Translations under genes and position numbers: made by a program | Part shown: positions 12,101 to 23,329 of the stretch, piece after piece | How the letters are laid out: each line of letters begins with the position of its first letter | How positions within the stretch are numbered: position 1 is the stretch's first letter | Assembly: GCF_004010195.1 (NCBI RefSeq) | Contig: NC_057718.1 | Location: 84,443,586-84,475,581 of the forward strand | Length of the DNA: 31,996 bases | Direction of reading: 5' to 3' | Origin: Chiloscyllium plagiosum | Taxonomy: Eukaryota | The notes under the pieces: generated by a model | Database searches by the model: none | The model's input: only the letters and a program-made list of their open reading frames with translations | What the model was told of the DNA's origin: nothing

Positions 12101-15100
12101 CGTAGCACCGATCCCCATGGTACTGCTGATCACAGCCCTCTACCATCAATCTTTTCCTCCTATTTGTAAGGCAATTTTGGATTCAGTTTGCCAATGTCTT
12201 GGATCCCATGGGTTCCTGACTTTTGACCAGCCTTCCATGTCAGACCTTGTAAATACCTTACTGGCGTCAATGTAAACCACGTCCACTGTACCACCTTCAC
12301 CATTTCAAAATTAAATGAAGAAATAAATTTATATTAGACAGAATCTCCTTCTAACAAATCAGTGTTGACTATCTTTGATCAATCCCTGCCTTTATCTAGT
12401 ATTGATTTAATCCTGTTCTTCAAAACTTCTTCCAATAAATTCTCAACTGCTGATATCAAACCAACTAGTCCTATCCTTGCTGTCCTCTTTGAACAAAGGA
12501 ACCACATTATCTATCTTCCAGTCATCTGGCATGTCACCTGTGGCCAGGGCAGTGTTACACACCTCTGCCAGGGCCCCAGCAATCTCCCCTCTTGCTTCCC
12601 TATCAGCCTGGGATACATACCATCTGGTTCTGGGGATTTATGCATCTGTATGCCCACTAAAATGTCTTAGTGTATCATCCTTATTAATCGTAATGTGTAC
12701 AAGAACTTCATCCCAGCTGATATTCCTGGCTACTAGGTGTTTCAGTGAATATGAATGAAAAACATTCATTTAAGACTTCACCCATGTCAGCTGGCTCCAT
12801 GCACAGGTTGCTACTTTAGTCTCTTACAGTTCTCAGTCTTTCCATGGTAATCGTCTTACTCTTAAAATACTTTAAGAAAAGCCTTGGTTTTCCTTGATCC
12901 CATCTGCCAAAGGTATTTTGCCCTCCTACTTTCCTTTTTAAACAACATCCTACACCCTATGTTTGAAGGGCCTCCCCTGTTTTACTGTGCTGTACCTGGC
13001 ATATCATCTTTCTCTAATATCCCTTGACACCCAAGATCCCTTGAACTTAGTTCCCTTGTCCTTTGCTCTTAGAGGAATATGCTGGCCCTGAATTCTCCTA
13101 CTTTAAAAGACTCCTACTTTCCAAAAATAGACTTATCTGCAAGTAATTCTCCTAGTCTGTTTGCTAAATCTTGTCTAATGATGTTAAAATCAACCTTCTC
13201 TAATTTATACACTTAACTTCTGCATTATCTTTATCCCCTTAAGAATTAAGAATTCAGTCACTATCCCTAAAATGCTTGCCCACTGGCACTTTAACCATTT
13301 GACTGGTTTCACTGTTTGGGATTCTGTCCAGCACTACCCTCTCCCTAGTAGGATAATCTACGTACTGGCACAAAATGCTCTCCTGGATGCATTTTAGTTC
13401 TTTCACTAAGGTAATCCCAGTAAATGTTGGTAAAATTGAGATGCCCTACAACAGTAGAGTCATAGAGATGTACAGCATGGAAACAGACCCTTTGGTCCAA
13501 CCTGTCCATGCCGATCAGATATCTCAACCCAATCTAGTCCCACCTGCCAGCACCCGGCCCATATCCCTCCAAACCCTTCCTATTCGCATACCCATCCAAA
13601 TGCCTCTGAAATGTTGTAATTGTACCAGCATATTGCAGTGATGGTTTCCTATGAATACAAGAATGCCCCACTGTTCTTCTTGCTGTCCCTGTCGTTATTC
13701 TCTCTTTTCCCCCCCCCCACCCAAAGAATAAAATGTTGTCTGAAATTTCTATACCCTGGCACATTGAGCTAGAAGTCTCACCCTTCCTTCATGTCTCTCT
13801 GTTTGCAACAGTATCATACTCACATATAGAGTGATCATGTCTCTTCCTGATGATTCTTGGTTCTGTATAAACTGTCCAGTTTTGGATAGCCAATCAGTTC
13901 TCCTCCAGTATGGCAATTGTACGACATGAAATGGAGTTTCCTCGCTGTCTTATCTGTAGAGACTGTGCATCATACCAATGCTGTTATATCTATGGCAATA
14001 TGGACAGATTCAAATAGGTTACACCCTCATGCTAGTTTCCTTACAAGTAGTTTGGTTTAGTGACTACTGAGCAATCCTTGGTCACTTGTATAAAATTCAT
14101 AATTTTGCATCCATTAGGAATGCTTCACAATTAGTTGTAATGCACTGAGATGATTGCCTCACTATTATAAAATCATTCATGCTTTCTTTAGCATTTAATG
14201 TAAATCGTTCTATGTCTCACCTAGGTTTGTGAAGATTGTGAACTGAAACCTTTTAGAACTTTCAAGACATTTACTGGAAAATGTAAGTAGACAATTGAAA
14301 ACTCAAGTCATAATTGTGCTATTCTATATTTTTAATCTCTACTTTTTTATGGAAACTTAATTTATTTGTGATAAATATTTTTAAATGATTTGAGATTTGA
14401 TCATGCTTTGAACATTGTGAAACCTTTTCAAAACAGATGTGATTTATGCAATTTCCATTTCGAATAATTGAAATCTAGCTTCAGCTATTCATTACCTTCA
14501 ATCTGAGCATTACACCATTGCTTCCCAAAACTTTTCTCATTCTCCCATTTTGCTGCTTGAAAATTTTAATGATTCCAGACTTGTGACACTGAATGGGGAG
14601 GGGTAAGAGACCTGTGGCAGCGGGGATGGGTAGAGTATGTATCCGAAGGTATGAGAAATCTGTGACAGTGGAAAAAGGGTTGAGATAGGGAGGTAAGGAG
14701 AGGGCTAGACGTGGGAGAGTGGAGAACTGTTTAACTGACAACTTCTTAAAGTAAAATGTGCCTACCTTTCCAATGATTTTTTTTCTAGATCAGTTTCAGG
14801 TGTGCCAGATTAGTCTTTTGGGCCAGGCCCACTGTTAGAAATGCAAGATTTAAAGGAGACCCACAGCTGTTAGCACTTAGTTGGAGCTCCATGGCAGCTG
14901 CTGGAGTTCACAACCTTTAGTTTGGGAAGCCTTGATCATAAAAATCACACCTTCAGTTTGATTAAGTGTCATAACTTAGAATAATATAACATTTGAATTG
15001 AAGCCATTTGAATCTGTGTTAGCTTTACTTTCAAGAGTAATCTGATTAGTCTCACTTTCCCATAGTTCCTGCAATTAGTTCTTGCAATACTTCCTTGCTA

Positions 15101-18100
15101 CCCTATGCCTGTATGAGATATCTGAAATATATGAATGCCAGGAGGCACACAGAGGCATGTCCTCCACACCCAAACTTTTATGATTTGCTATTGCATAATT
15201 TGTACCTGGCATTTTAAAGTTAAAAATTACCATAACTAGCAATTTTTCATATATTTACTTACTGCTGTGGACCTAATCGCCTTGAAGGTGGCGAGGAACC
15301 CCTTTCTTAAACAGCCGAAGTCCCTGGGATGTAGGTATACCCATAGTGCTGTTAGGGAAGGTGTTTGAATATTTTGACTTCAAAACAGTAAAGAAATGGA
15401 GATTTAGTTGTAAGTCAGGAATGTGTTATTTGAAGAACTTGCAGGTGCTGTGTGCATGTGCATCTATTGTCCTTGTCTTCTAGATATGGAGATACATAAT
15501 GTGATGTTAATAGCCATAGTGAGTTGCTGTAGCACATATTGATGCATCACTTCATCCGTGGCGAACAGAGTGAATTTGTCTGTTAGATGGTTGGCTAATC
15601 AAGTGGGGTTCTTTGTTCTGGATGATTTCGAGCTTCTTAGGTGGTGTTGAAGATGCATTTGACCAGGCAAGTGTAGATTATTGCATCACGTTCTTGCCCT
15701 GTGTCTTTCAGATGGTTGTTAGGCTTTGGGAAGTCAGGAGTGTCTGGTGTATTCTTGTGTGTGTATGTGTCTATATATGTATATGGCTGGTCAAGGTCAG
15801 TTCCTGGTAAGTGGGATCCCTGGATGTTGTCACACGTCTACAGAAGGTGACCACATTCCCTCTTGTAGGAGATGGACAGTGTCTGGCACTTGTGTAAATG
15901 AATGTCACTTCTTATCAGGCCAAGCTGGGTGATGTTCAGGTCTTGCTGCATGTAGACACTGGCTCCTTCAGTATCTGAGGAGTCAGGATTGGTGCTAAAT
16001 ATTGTGGAACATGCTCACCTCTGACCTTTGTGGTGAAGGGAAAGCCATTGATGAATTGGTTGAAGGTGATTCAGTCTGGGACACATAAGAAACTCTTGAG
16101 TGATGTCCTGGGACTGAGACTATTCGTGCCTGACAACCATGACTATCTTTTGTGCCAGCTATGACCTTATGCCCATTAACTGAAAATGTGTTGCTGGAAA
16201 AGCGCAGGAGAAAGTGAGGACTGCAGATGCTGGAGATCAGAGCATCTGCAGTCCTCACTTTCTCCTTAGGCCCATTAACTCCAATTGTGCTAGGGCTCCT
16301 ACATGCTACACTTGGTCAAATGCTGCCTTGATGTCAACAGCAGTCACCTGCACCTCCTGTTTTCACTTTAGCTCTTCTATGTTCAAACCAAGTCTGTAAT
16401 GAGTTCAAGAGCTGAGTGGCCCTGATGTAGTACAAACTGAATGTCATTGAGCATGTTATTGCTGGGTAAGTGCTGCTTAACATCCCTCTGGACAAATCTT
16501 TCTATCGTGTTACTGATAATCAAGGGTTGATCGAGGCAATAAATTTAACCTCTTTTGCGGAGAAGACACACCTACGCAATTTTCCACATCGCCAGATTAA
16601 TGTTGGCATTACAATTGTACTGGAACAACTTGGCGAAGAACTAGGTGCTTTTTTTAAAAATCAGAAGCCTTTCGGTGCTGTTGCTGAAGTGTTGTCAGGG
16701 CCTATAGTCTTTGCAGTATTCAGTTCCTTGAGCCTTTTTTCTAATATGGAGGGAATCAAATTGGCAGAGATCTGTAATGCTGGGGACCACAGGAAGAGAT
16801 CCATCATATGTTCAGCACTTCTGACTCTGGATGTTTGCAAGTGCTAAAGCTTTGACTTTTGCACTGATGGCTGTGTTTACTTATCATTGAGGATATTTCT
16901 GGAGTCTGCTGTTCCAGTTAGATTAATTGTCCTTCATTCATGACTGAATTTGGCAGTTCTGTAGAATTTTGATCTAATCTGTTCGTTTTGGAATAGCTTA
17001 GCTCTGCATATCACATAATTTTGTTTGGCATGGTGGTAGTTCGGTGTTATATCGTCACTAGGCTGATACGTCACTTTGGTATCATATTGCTTTTGCTGCT
17101 GGTATTTTCTCACTCATTGAACTTGGATTGATCTTCGGGTTTGACGGTTATGGTAGAATGTGGGTTATGTTGTGGCCGTAAGATTACAGATTGTGGTTGA
17201 ATACAGATGTGCTGTTGATGGCCCTTGGTGCCCCATAGATGTCCATGTTTGAGTTGCTAGATGTTTTGAAATCTATCTCATTTAGCATCGGTAGTGATAT
17301 TCAACATTGGCAGATATCCTTTCTCTGAAGACAGGACTTTGTTTCAACAAGTGTGTGTGGTGGATACCCCTGCCGTTACTGTCATGGACAAATGTATCTG
17401 CAGCAGGTAAATTACTAATGACAGGATCAAGTAGGTTTTTCACATTTGGTTCCGTTGCCACGTGTGTAGACCCAATTTAGCATTTATGCCCTTCAGGACT
17501 CGACCAATTGGTCAGTTTGGGCATTATTGAGCAAGTCTTGGTAATGGACATTGGAATTTCCCACCCAGGATGCATTCATGCCAGGTGGACAAATGTGATG
17601 ATACTAGCTTTTACAATGACTGACTGGGCTTTTGCTAGTTTGAATACCATGGGCTTGGGTGAAGTTCCATTTAAGCTTGCAGTGTATTTTTGATCTTATG
17701 TAATACTGTTGAAATGGCGGACCTCCAGGAGACAAACTACCACTCCTTTCACTGCCAGCATAGTTTTTATCTTTGTCTGTCATTTATCCTAAAATTTTTG
17801 GCTGTCTGATTTCATCGAATACACACTTTCCAACTATCTGTTTCGTTTTACCACACTGTCCTCTTCAAGTCTGTTAAGAATCTTGTCATTGTTCATTTTC
17901 TGAGTGTCAACCCAAATTATATACATTTAAGAGAATCTGTGGTCCTGATATCGATCACCATTTAATGATGTGTCTTACAAACAAATGGATTACTGAACAA
18001 AAGGGGTAGAAGTGGAGGTTTAGGAAGGTGTGTATCTAGCTGAAGAAAAGCGAGTTTTGAAGATGTACTACTAACTGTGGGCTCTGAGAAAGGACTTTCA

Positions 18101-20632
18101 AAGTGTGTATGTTGGGTGTAATGGAGGAACAACACAATCTTTAAAACTAGAAGAGTGGAGAGTTGCAATCTAAAAGTGTAAGGCAGGGGTTTTAGATGTA
18201 GCAAAGCTTCATTGACTAGAATTAAAAAGCTGAACAATTGGAGTAGTGGATAGTGAACTTAGTGCACTGAGAGATGCAGGCTCTTGAAGTTCATTCAGGG
18301 TTGCTGTTTAGAAAGCCAGTCTTAATAAAGAAAAAGCATGAGTCAAAGTAGAGACCGGGAAATTGTTGAAGTGGGCTTGGTGATTGTCTTTTTGTGTATG
18401 GGTTCTTGGACAACACTTTTTAAGTTCACGATTAGAATATGAAAGGGAGATTTGTGAAGTCAGCATGGGTGTCTTAAAGTTTGGGAATTCTGTTTTGTAT
18501 TAAATATCTTCAGCCTTGTTTGTTAATCTGCGCTTAGGGTAGCTTGACGACAGACATGAGGATAAGCTTGCGTCCATTGCATGGTAACACTTGAGTCCGA
18601 ACAGTCATTTCTGAGACATCACACTGACATTCTTTCTAGTTTTGTTTTAATTGAATGTGTAGTAATCTGGTAGTCTACTTGTTAGATGACTTTTGGTAAT
18701 CTGTCTCTTTTCTAGCTGATAGGAGTTTATCTGGCCTTTTGGAATGGGAGACGAAAAGTGATGCCGTGGAAGCGCTGACTGTCCTGAATCACTACCAGAT
18801 GAAAAACACAAGTAAGTGTTCTATAAGTGGGATGGTGAAAGCTTAAAAGGTTCAATTTGTGTAATAGGTAAGGATTATCTTAACCTCCCAGAGCCTAAGC
18901 TAGAAATGGATATGAAAATTTGTCCAATTGTGTAAATTCAAATTTGTCAATCTGTTAGGTAATGTGGGAAACTTGAGGGAAGTGCTGTACAGCTGTGACT
19001 GTGACTAGATTACTCACATTGACTTTAGTGAGAAATTTTATCCTGTTGTTGCTTTCAGCAATAACTTGTTTGATTTGTTGCGTGCAAATCCTACAGAATG
19101 AGTAGCAGAGTGACTATTTGACAGTTTCCTTAATCTTTGGGGAAGGGAAAAAAGCCATAAACCATGTTCATCTGTGTCATGATTATATAGCCATGATCTA
19201 AACCAGTACTAAGTACTGCACATGCTTGAAATCTGAATACAGATGATGTTGGAAAAACACTGGAAGTGGGGGAAAAATTAATGTTTTGGGTCTTTTGTCA
19301 GAACATGAAACATTAATTCTTGTCACATTTCTTTCTACAGAAGCTGATGCTGCCAGACCTATTCAGCATTTTCATCTTTTATTTAGAATATGAGAGTAGT
19401 TATGGTATGATGAGGTGGATAATTCTAGCAACTCAGTGCAGCTGGATTTATATCTTTTAAATTGAGAAGACCAGCAAAAATGCATGTGCTGCAATAAGCA
19501 TGTTGTGTGTGTGTGTATTCAAATAAGATATTTATTTCCATACACCTTTTGTATATGCAGCACAAATTAACAAATGATAAAATTTATGACTTGAGATTCA
19601 AATACATCTATCATTCTTAGGAGTTCTTGTTTATATGGGAAATGAGAGATTATAAGCCTAGTTAAACGTTAACTCTCATGAGAGAGGAAAAAATGCAAGT
19701 CACTGCATCAATAGGAAAGGGCCAAAAAGCTGAATCCTCATTTTACAGAGTTAATTGGGGTAAATTACTGTACATGATTTAACACATTTTAGAATGGGAG
19801 AGTGCTGCATCAATAAGGAAGGCAGGAATGGCTGACTTTGAGCAATACTTGAAATACCCTGGATGACAACAAATAATATGTGTAATAATCCGATTCACTG
19901 CTACATTATCACTAAGAATGTCTATCAGACAGAAATTATTTCACTTTAGACTTGAACAAAAGTTTTTTATTGAACAGATTCATATGTTGGGAATATTTGA
20001 TTGCACATTCAGGCCAGTGTGTCTTACTGATTTATGGATTATAGCAGCTTTTTGAATTGATCGAATTGAATTTTATAGGGATTTCTGGTAGTGTAGTTAT
20101 GAATGGCAGAACTTGGTTGACAATTTTGTCAAAGATGGTAATGATTTAAATGAAATTAAAATGTGATGGGTTTTTTTCTTGAAAGAAAACATTCTGATAA
20201 TGGGTCAGTGTTCTCAAATTCAAACAACTTTCTTTTCTAATTAGATTAGATTACTTAACAGTGTGGAAACAGAACAGAATTGTTTTTTGATTGTGGTATG
20301 CCCACACATTTGGTGGAGTAGCTTTTGTGACAAAATTATTTAATCATGCAATTTGCCAGCTGAAAAATGTATCTTGCGTAACACTTATGGAACAAGCATT
20401 TTTCAATGAGTTGTAATGAGCAAATAGCAAATTAATTTTAGTCCCCAAATTGCAAATTAGTAGTGGGGTATTCTACACATAATGACTTTTACTTTGTAGT
20501 GCTATTTAAAATATGTTTTAACTTCTGTTTTCAGTTATGTGACATTAAGCCAAGAATGTTTTTTTTTAATTTTTAGATGGCCCATATCCTTACACCTTGA
20601 AACTCTGCTTTTCCACCATGTCCCATGCATGA
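1..20632 (+). CDS. Heterogeneous nuclear ribonucleoprotein L-like gene (hnRNP L / hnRNP LL family), 5'-partial; join(<1..187,480..565,2628..2724,2814..2886,7135..7194,10243..10442,10971..11092,11195..11396,14225..14282,18716..18811,20577..20632)
   Basis: Hand-spliced exons give one open frame of 411 aa with family motifs: IAGHPAFFNFSTSQRITRP, NPLYPITTDVLYTVCN, SLNGADIYSGCCTLKIEYAKPTRLNVFKND, CLYGNIEKVKFMKS, SRNNRFT...AAKNRIQPPSNVLHFFNAP, SGLLEWE, PYTLKLCFST. Symbol left blank because L versus LL orthology is ambiguous. Confidence 0.96.
480..565 (+). CDS. hnRNP L-like exon (RRM2, 86 nt)
   Basis: Pyrimidine tract plus CCAG acceptor ending at 479; DVLYTVCNACGPVLRIVIFKKNGIQALV-E; ends GTTGA|ATATCTTT (U12-type AT donor). 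Confidence 0.93.
800..1720 (+). mobile_element. Highly decayed CR1-type LINE fragment (RT and 3' region), apparently interrupted by a short SINE-like remnant at ~1345-1480
   Basis: Frameshifted remains of the D.VYLDF.KAFDKVPH motif (~804-848) and KFADS/DT (~1062-1080). Confidence 0.6.
2231..2440 (-). mobile_element. Short fold-back insertion derived from a Penelope-like element terminus
   Basis: ~80-bp inverted arms (2267-2346 and 2362-2442); flanking 15-bp duplication AGTTCAAGYCTTCTA (2216-2230 and 2441-2455); similar to the termini at 24189 and 27952. Confidence 0.8.
2628..2724 (+). CDS. hnRNP L-like exon (RRM2, 97 nt)
   Basis: FDSVQSAQKAKASLNGADIYSGCCTLKIEYAK; donor AAG|GTAATC at 2725. 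Confidence 0.95.
2814..2886 (+). CDS. hnRNP L-like exon (RRM2 C-terminal extension, 73 nt)
   Basis: Acceptor CAG at 2811-2813; PTRLNVFKNDSESWDYTNPDLTAR; donor GAG|GTATGG at 2887. Confidence 0.95.
4240..4742 (+). promoter_or_regulatory. CA-rich intronic block with candidate poison (NMD) cassette exon
   Basis: Composition shifts from T-rich to C/A-rich with many ACA/CAC/ACAT/TACA motifs; pyrimidine tract plus AG at 4479-4480 and at 4717-4720; donor ATC|GTAAGA at 4743. Same intron position as the autoregulatory exon of mammalian HNRNPL. Confidence 0.55.
5270..5630 (+). mobile_element. Ancient SINE remnant resembling Deu-domain SINEs, with an L2-type tail
   Basis: ...TGCAGTAG...ATGCTGCACTGTCGGGTGTGCTGTTTTTGAGAT... 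resembles the Deu core as I recall it; tail CATTGGCTATAATGCACTTT...TATATAAATG. Similar tails at ~1840-1965 and ~3400-3505. Confidence 0.5.
7135..7194 (+). CDS. hnRNP L-like exon (RRM2-RRM3 linker, 60 nt)
   Basis: Pyrimidine tract plus CCAG ending at 7134; DERRRQGQPALLGDHPSTYG, matching the family LLGD/EHP motif; donor GGG|GTAATC at 7195; phase 1 at both ends. Confidence 0.9.
8022..9265 (-). mobile_element. CR1-type LINE, 3' part of ORF2 plus 3' UTR (truncated)
   Basis: Minus-strand ORF 8408-8644 LLRLYNALVRSRLEYYAQFWAPYLKKD..LERIQ; QGSVLGP-like motif at ~8950-8970. Confidence 0.88.
9329..9389. repeat. Tandem duplication of a 27-bp unit (about 2.3 copies)
   Basis: CTCATTCCCCTCTCTTTTCAACTACTC is identical at 9329-9355 and 9356-9382. 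Confidence 0.9.
10243..10442 (+). CDS. hnRNP L-like exon (linker and RRM3 start, 200 nt)
   Basis: Acceptor AACAG ending at 10242; GYQTSPLALAHRMD...VIMVYGLNPHKMNCEKIFNLLCLYGNIEK; donor AAA|GTAAGA at 10443. Confidence 0.9.
10971..11092 (+). CDS. hnRNP L-like exon (RRM3, 122 nt)
   Basis: Acceptor CTTAG ending at 10970; VKFMKSMPDAAMVEMGDEFSVERAITHLNGVEMFGKKLNL-C; donor TG|GTAGGC at 11093. Confidence 0.95.
11195..11396 (+). CDS. hnRNP L-like exon (RRM3 end to RRM4 start, 202 nt)
   Basis: Acceptor TTCAG ending at 11194; VSKQASIVPSQSYELVDGTDSYKEFTNSRNNRFTNPGQAAKNRIQPPSNVLHFFNAPPCVTEEIFQE; donor GAG|GTAAGA at 11397. Confidence 0.95.
11470..13800 (-). mobile_element. Old, degraded CR1-type LINE ORF2 remnant
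   Basis: CR1 3'-end-like sequence at ~11470-11700; minus-strand VVGHLNFTNIYWD (endonuclease GDFN-like motif) near 13410-13450; many stops and frameshifts. Confidence 0.65.
13455..13630 (-). mobile_element. Younger CR1-type 3'-end copy nested in the older LINE
   Basis: Closely matches the reverse complement of 29760-29937 (TITTF.RHLDGY.NRKGL.G; ATGACTCT tail). Confidence 0.85.
14225..14282 (+). CDS. hnRNP L-like exon (RRM4, 58 nt)
   Basis: Acceptor CCTAG ending at 14224; VCEDCELKPFRTFKTFTGK-S; donor AAT|GTAAGT at 14283; phases fit both neighbouring exons. Confidence 0.88.
15270..17690 (-). mobile_element. Degraded non-LTR retrotransposon (CR1/L2-group) remnant
   Basis: Reverse-complement similarity to the LINE at 24870-25845; no intact ORF. 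Confidence 0.55.
16182..16269. mobile_element. Tiny Penelope-terminus-derived hairpin insertion
   Basis: Perfect 26-bp inverted repeat 16206-16231 / 16241-16266; 11-bp direct repeat GCCCATTAACT at 16171-16181 and 16270-16280; same sequence family as 2231-2440. Confidence 0.85.
18716..18811 (+). CDS. hnRNP L-like exon (RRM4, 96 nt)
   Basis: Acceptor TTTTCTAG ending at 18715; DRSLSGLLEWETKSDAVEALTVLNHYQMKNT; donor CAA|GTAAGT at 18812. Confidence 0.95.
20577..20632 (+). CDS. hnRNP L-like last coding exon
   Basis: Acceptor TTTTTAG ending at 20576; NGPYPYTLKLCFSTMSHA followed by TGA at 20630-20632. Confidence 0.95.
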
Positions 20633-21250
20633 AGATCCAAGTAAAGTCTGAAGATTTTGAATTAACACTTGTAGTAAATATAAATGGGCTATTTACAAAT
20701 TGCGAGAGAGGAGTCCTATCTTGCAACTACCTACTAAGTGGAAGACATTTTCTTTGTTTTGTTCAAATTGTAATTTTTTTCAGAATTGTATCAATGTAAA
20801 AGTAGACATTTAACTAAAGTGTTCCTTTTCCTAGGTAATTTTCTTTGCAGTCAGTGTATCAGTACTTGGAGCTTAATGTTTATGCAAGTGACCTTGTACG
20901 TTAGAACTATGCAAGTGGTGAAAAATATCTGCTTGTGGCATATTTACAAATTTAAAGGCACTTTTCCATAGTGAGATGAAACTAGGATTTTTATTCTTTG
21001 GGAAATGTAGTTTGCAAGTTTGTTTTGCTATTAATGAAAAACAGTTGTCATCTGGAAGGTTATGTATTCTACAAACTGAAGTGCCAACTGAGCTGATTTT
21101 GAACACTATACCCATACTTGGTATATGTATAGCTTGTTGCCACATGTTGATTCTTGCTGTGGTTCACTAATTCATTAAACAATTATTACAACTACCCTGT
21201 GGTTTGTTTCTCAAGTAGCAATAATAAAGGTTGTAAAACTAAACTTAAAA
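20633..21250 (+). other. 3' UTR of the hnRNP L-like gene (end approximate)
   Basis: AU-rich sequence after the stop with no recognisable TE; ends near the poly(A) signals. Confidence 0.6.
21223..21228 (+). terminator. Candidate polyadenylation signal AATAAA (alternative ATTAAA at 21174-21179)
   Basis: Canonical hexamer followed by GU/U-rich sequence at ~21250-21335. Confidence 0.55.
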
Positions 21251-23329
21251 TTGGTGGTCAACTTGTTGCAACTAAGAAACCAGTTGTCGCTAACTGTACT
21301 CTCAATATTTACTTGTTTTTGTTTCTTTTCTTTCCTCCCCTAACCCTACACATCACAAATCCAGTTCTGTGTTTGAAGCTTGTGTTACAGAATTTGATCT
21401 TGACGTTGCTGGGAAATCTAAATGCATCATTTGCTTATAAGATGTGGAGTTCCCTTTCCCAAAAGATGATCAATTGATTTATTTAAAACGAGCTCGTGTT
21501 ATCCAAATCCTCTATTGGGAGCCTTCCCAGTGGGCATGACAGTGGGAATTGAACTGTACAGCTTAACCATACAGAGCAGTTGTCTTGCCACTACAGCTCT
21601 GAATTACCTCCGAGCACTGAGACTCTAAACTGGCTTAGCTATCACATTTAGGAAACAGCTATGAGGGTTTTTCACAATTCTGATACTTTGTTGCCAGGGA
21701 TGTCTTTGAACCACCTGGTTAAATATATTCTGAATGTTCTTGCTGGTGAAAATGTTATAATCATTCAATGATCTTGTTAAAAGTTGATGATTTAAATTAT
21801 TTCGTGTGAACATTATTCTTAATGATTTAGAGCAAAGCTGCGCACTTTCTGAATCTGACAGAAGCTATAAAATTGCAACAGCAATTTATATAATCTGTTA
21901 AATATATTTAAAGTCCATGTGCCCAAGGTGCATTGTAGAACCATATCTTTTGAGATGAGTGGAATACCTTTTATAATCTGTCAAAACAAAGTCTTGCTGA
22001 TGCTGGAAATCTACATAAAATAAAGTTCTGACCTTAGATCAGAACTGGCAAAAGTTGGATTGTAACAAGTGCCACATGTATTCACAGGTAGGGTAAGGAG
22101 GGAATGAAAAAGAACATCTGTGATAGGATGGAAGACAGGAGGGATCAAATGATGAAATAGCTAGTGGAAATAAGCCACATGGTGTTGCAAGCCCTTCAGT
22201 AAGTTTATGGCTGGTTTGTTTACTGGCCTCCACTCCTTGTTTATTTTCAGTACTCGTTCCCAGATATGTACCATTGTCTTGAATATCCAATGACAGCTTG
22301 AATCACTCTCAGATAGAGATTTTCTTCTCATCTGCCTTATAGAAGTGACCCTCATTCTGAAACTGCTCAGGTCATCAATATTCAGTCAGCCTCCTCACCC
22401 ACACACACGTGTTTGTCCCATTTGACTTCAGACTTCATTAAAGCTTTGGTGCAAGCACAGGCTAAATTCTAGAGGTGAGTACAGAGTTCCTGCTCCACTG
22501 TCTTCAACTTTTTTTTTCCAATGTCTTTCTAACACAAGGTCAGAATGGGGTTGCTCATTGATTACATAATGTTCAGTTTCATTTACACTATTTCAGGCCA
22601 GTATATGACAGGCCTACCTTGCATGCAGTAACCCTGAACAAGATTCAAGTTTGTGTGAATCTTCCACTTCAGATTCAGTGGTATTACCATCTAGCAACTC
22701 CAATTATCAATATTCTGGAATAGTCATGAAGCTAGGGTACACAATCAGGCTCAACATTGGGAAGTCAGGGAGTTACTTGCTCTGGAATTCTCAAAGCTTG
22801 ACTGCGAGTAAGTAAAAATGATGGAATCTCTTAGAACCATAATTTGTCCCATTTTGTCAATTGTTGCTCAAAAGATGCCAGATGCCCTTTTTAATTTTGA
22901 CTTCATCATGTACTTCACCCAACACAGAAAATGTTTTGATTCCATTCACTATAAAATGTTCTAATGATTGGCGTCTCAACCATAAGCTTAAGTATTCACT
23001 TTTCACAGTGGGCATGTGTACTGTTTGGAATCAGCCCTGCAGCAATTTGCCAAGCCTCTTTTCAAGCCTACAAGCTCGACTATTCCAGAAGACATGGGCA
23101 ACAGATGCATGAGAATGTGACCGCTTGAAATTCCTCCCCACGTCACATATCAAATCTGAACTAGAACAATGTCATTGTTCCTCCATTGTTATGGGTCAAA
23201 ATCCTGGTCCTATTTCTATAAAAAGACCATGAGTGTATCTAAACCACATGGATAGCAGTTTAAGAATGCAGCTTGCCACTGCCACCTTGAGTATGTTAGG
23301 GATGGACAATAAATGTCAATCTTGCAAGC

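Noticed and set aside
19210..19390. Faint fold-back remnant, with similar ones at ~21990-22030 and ~25940-26080
   Set aside because: Probably older Penelope-terminus relics, but too decayed to delimit or to show an intact ribozyme core.
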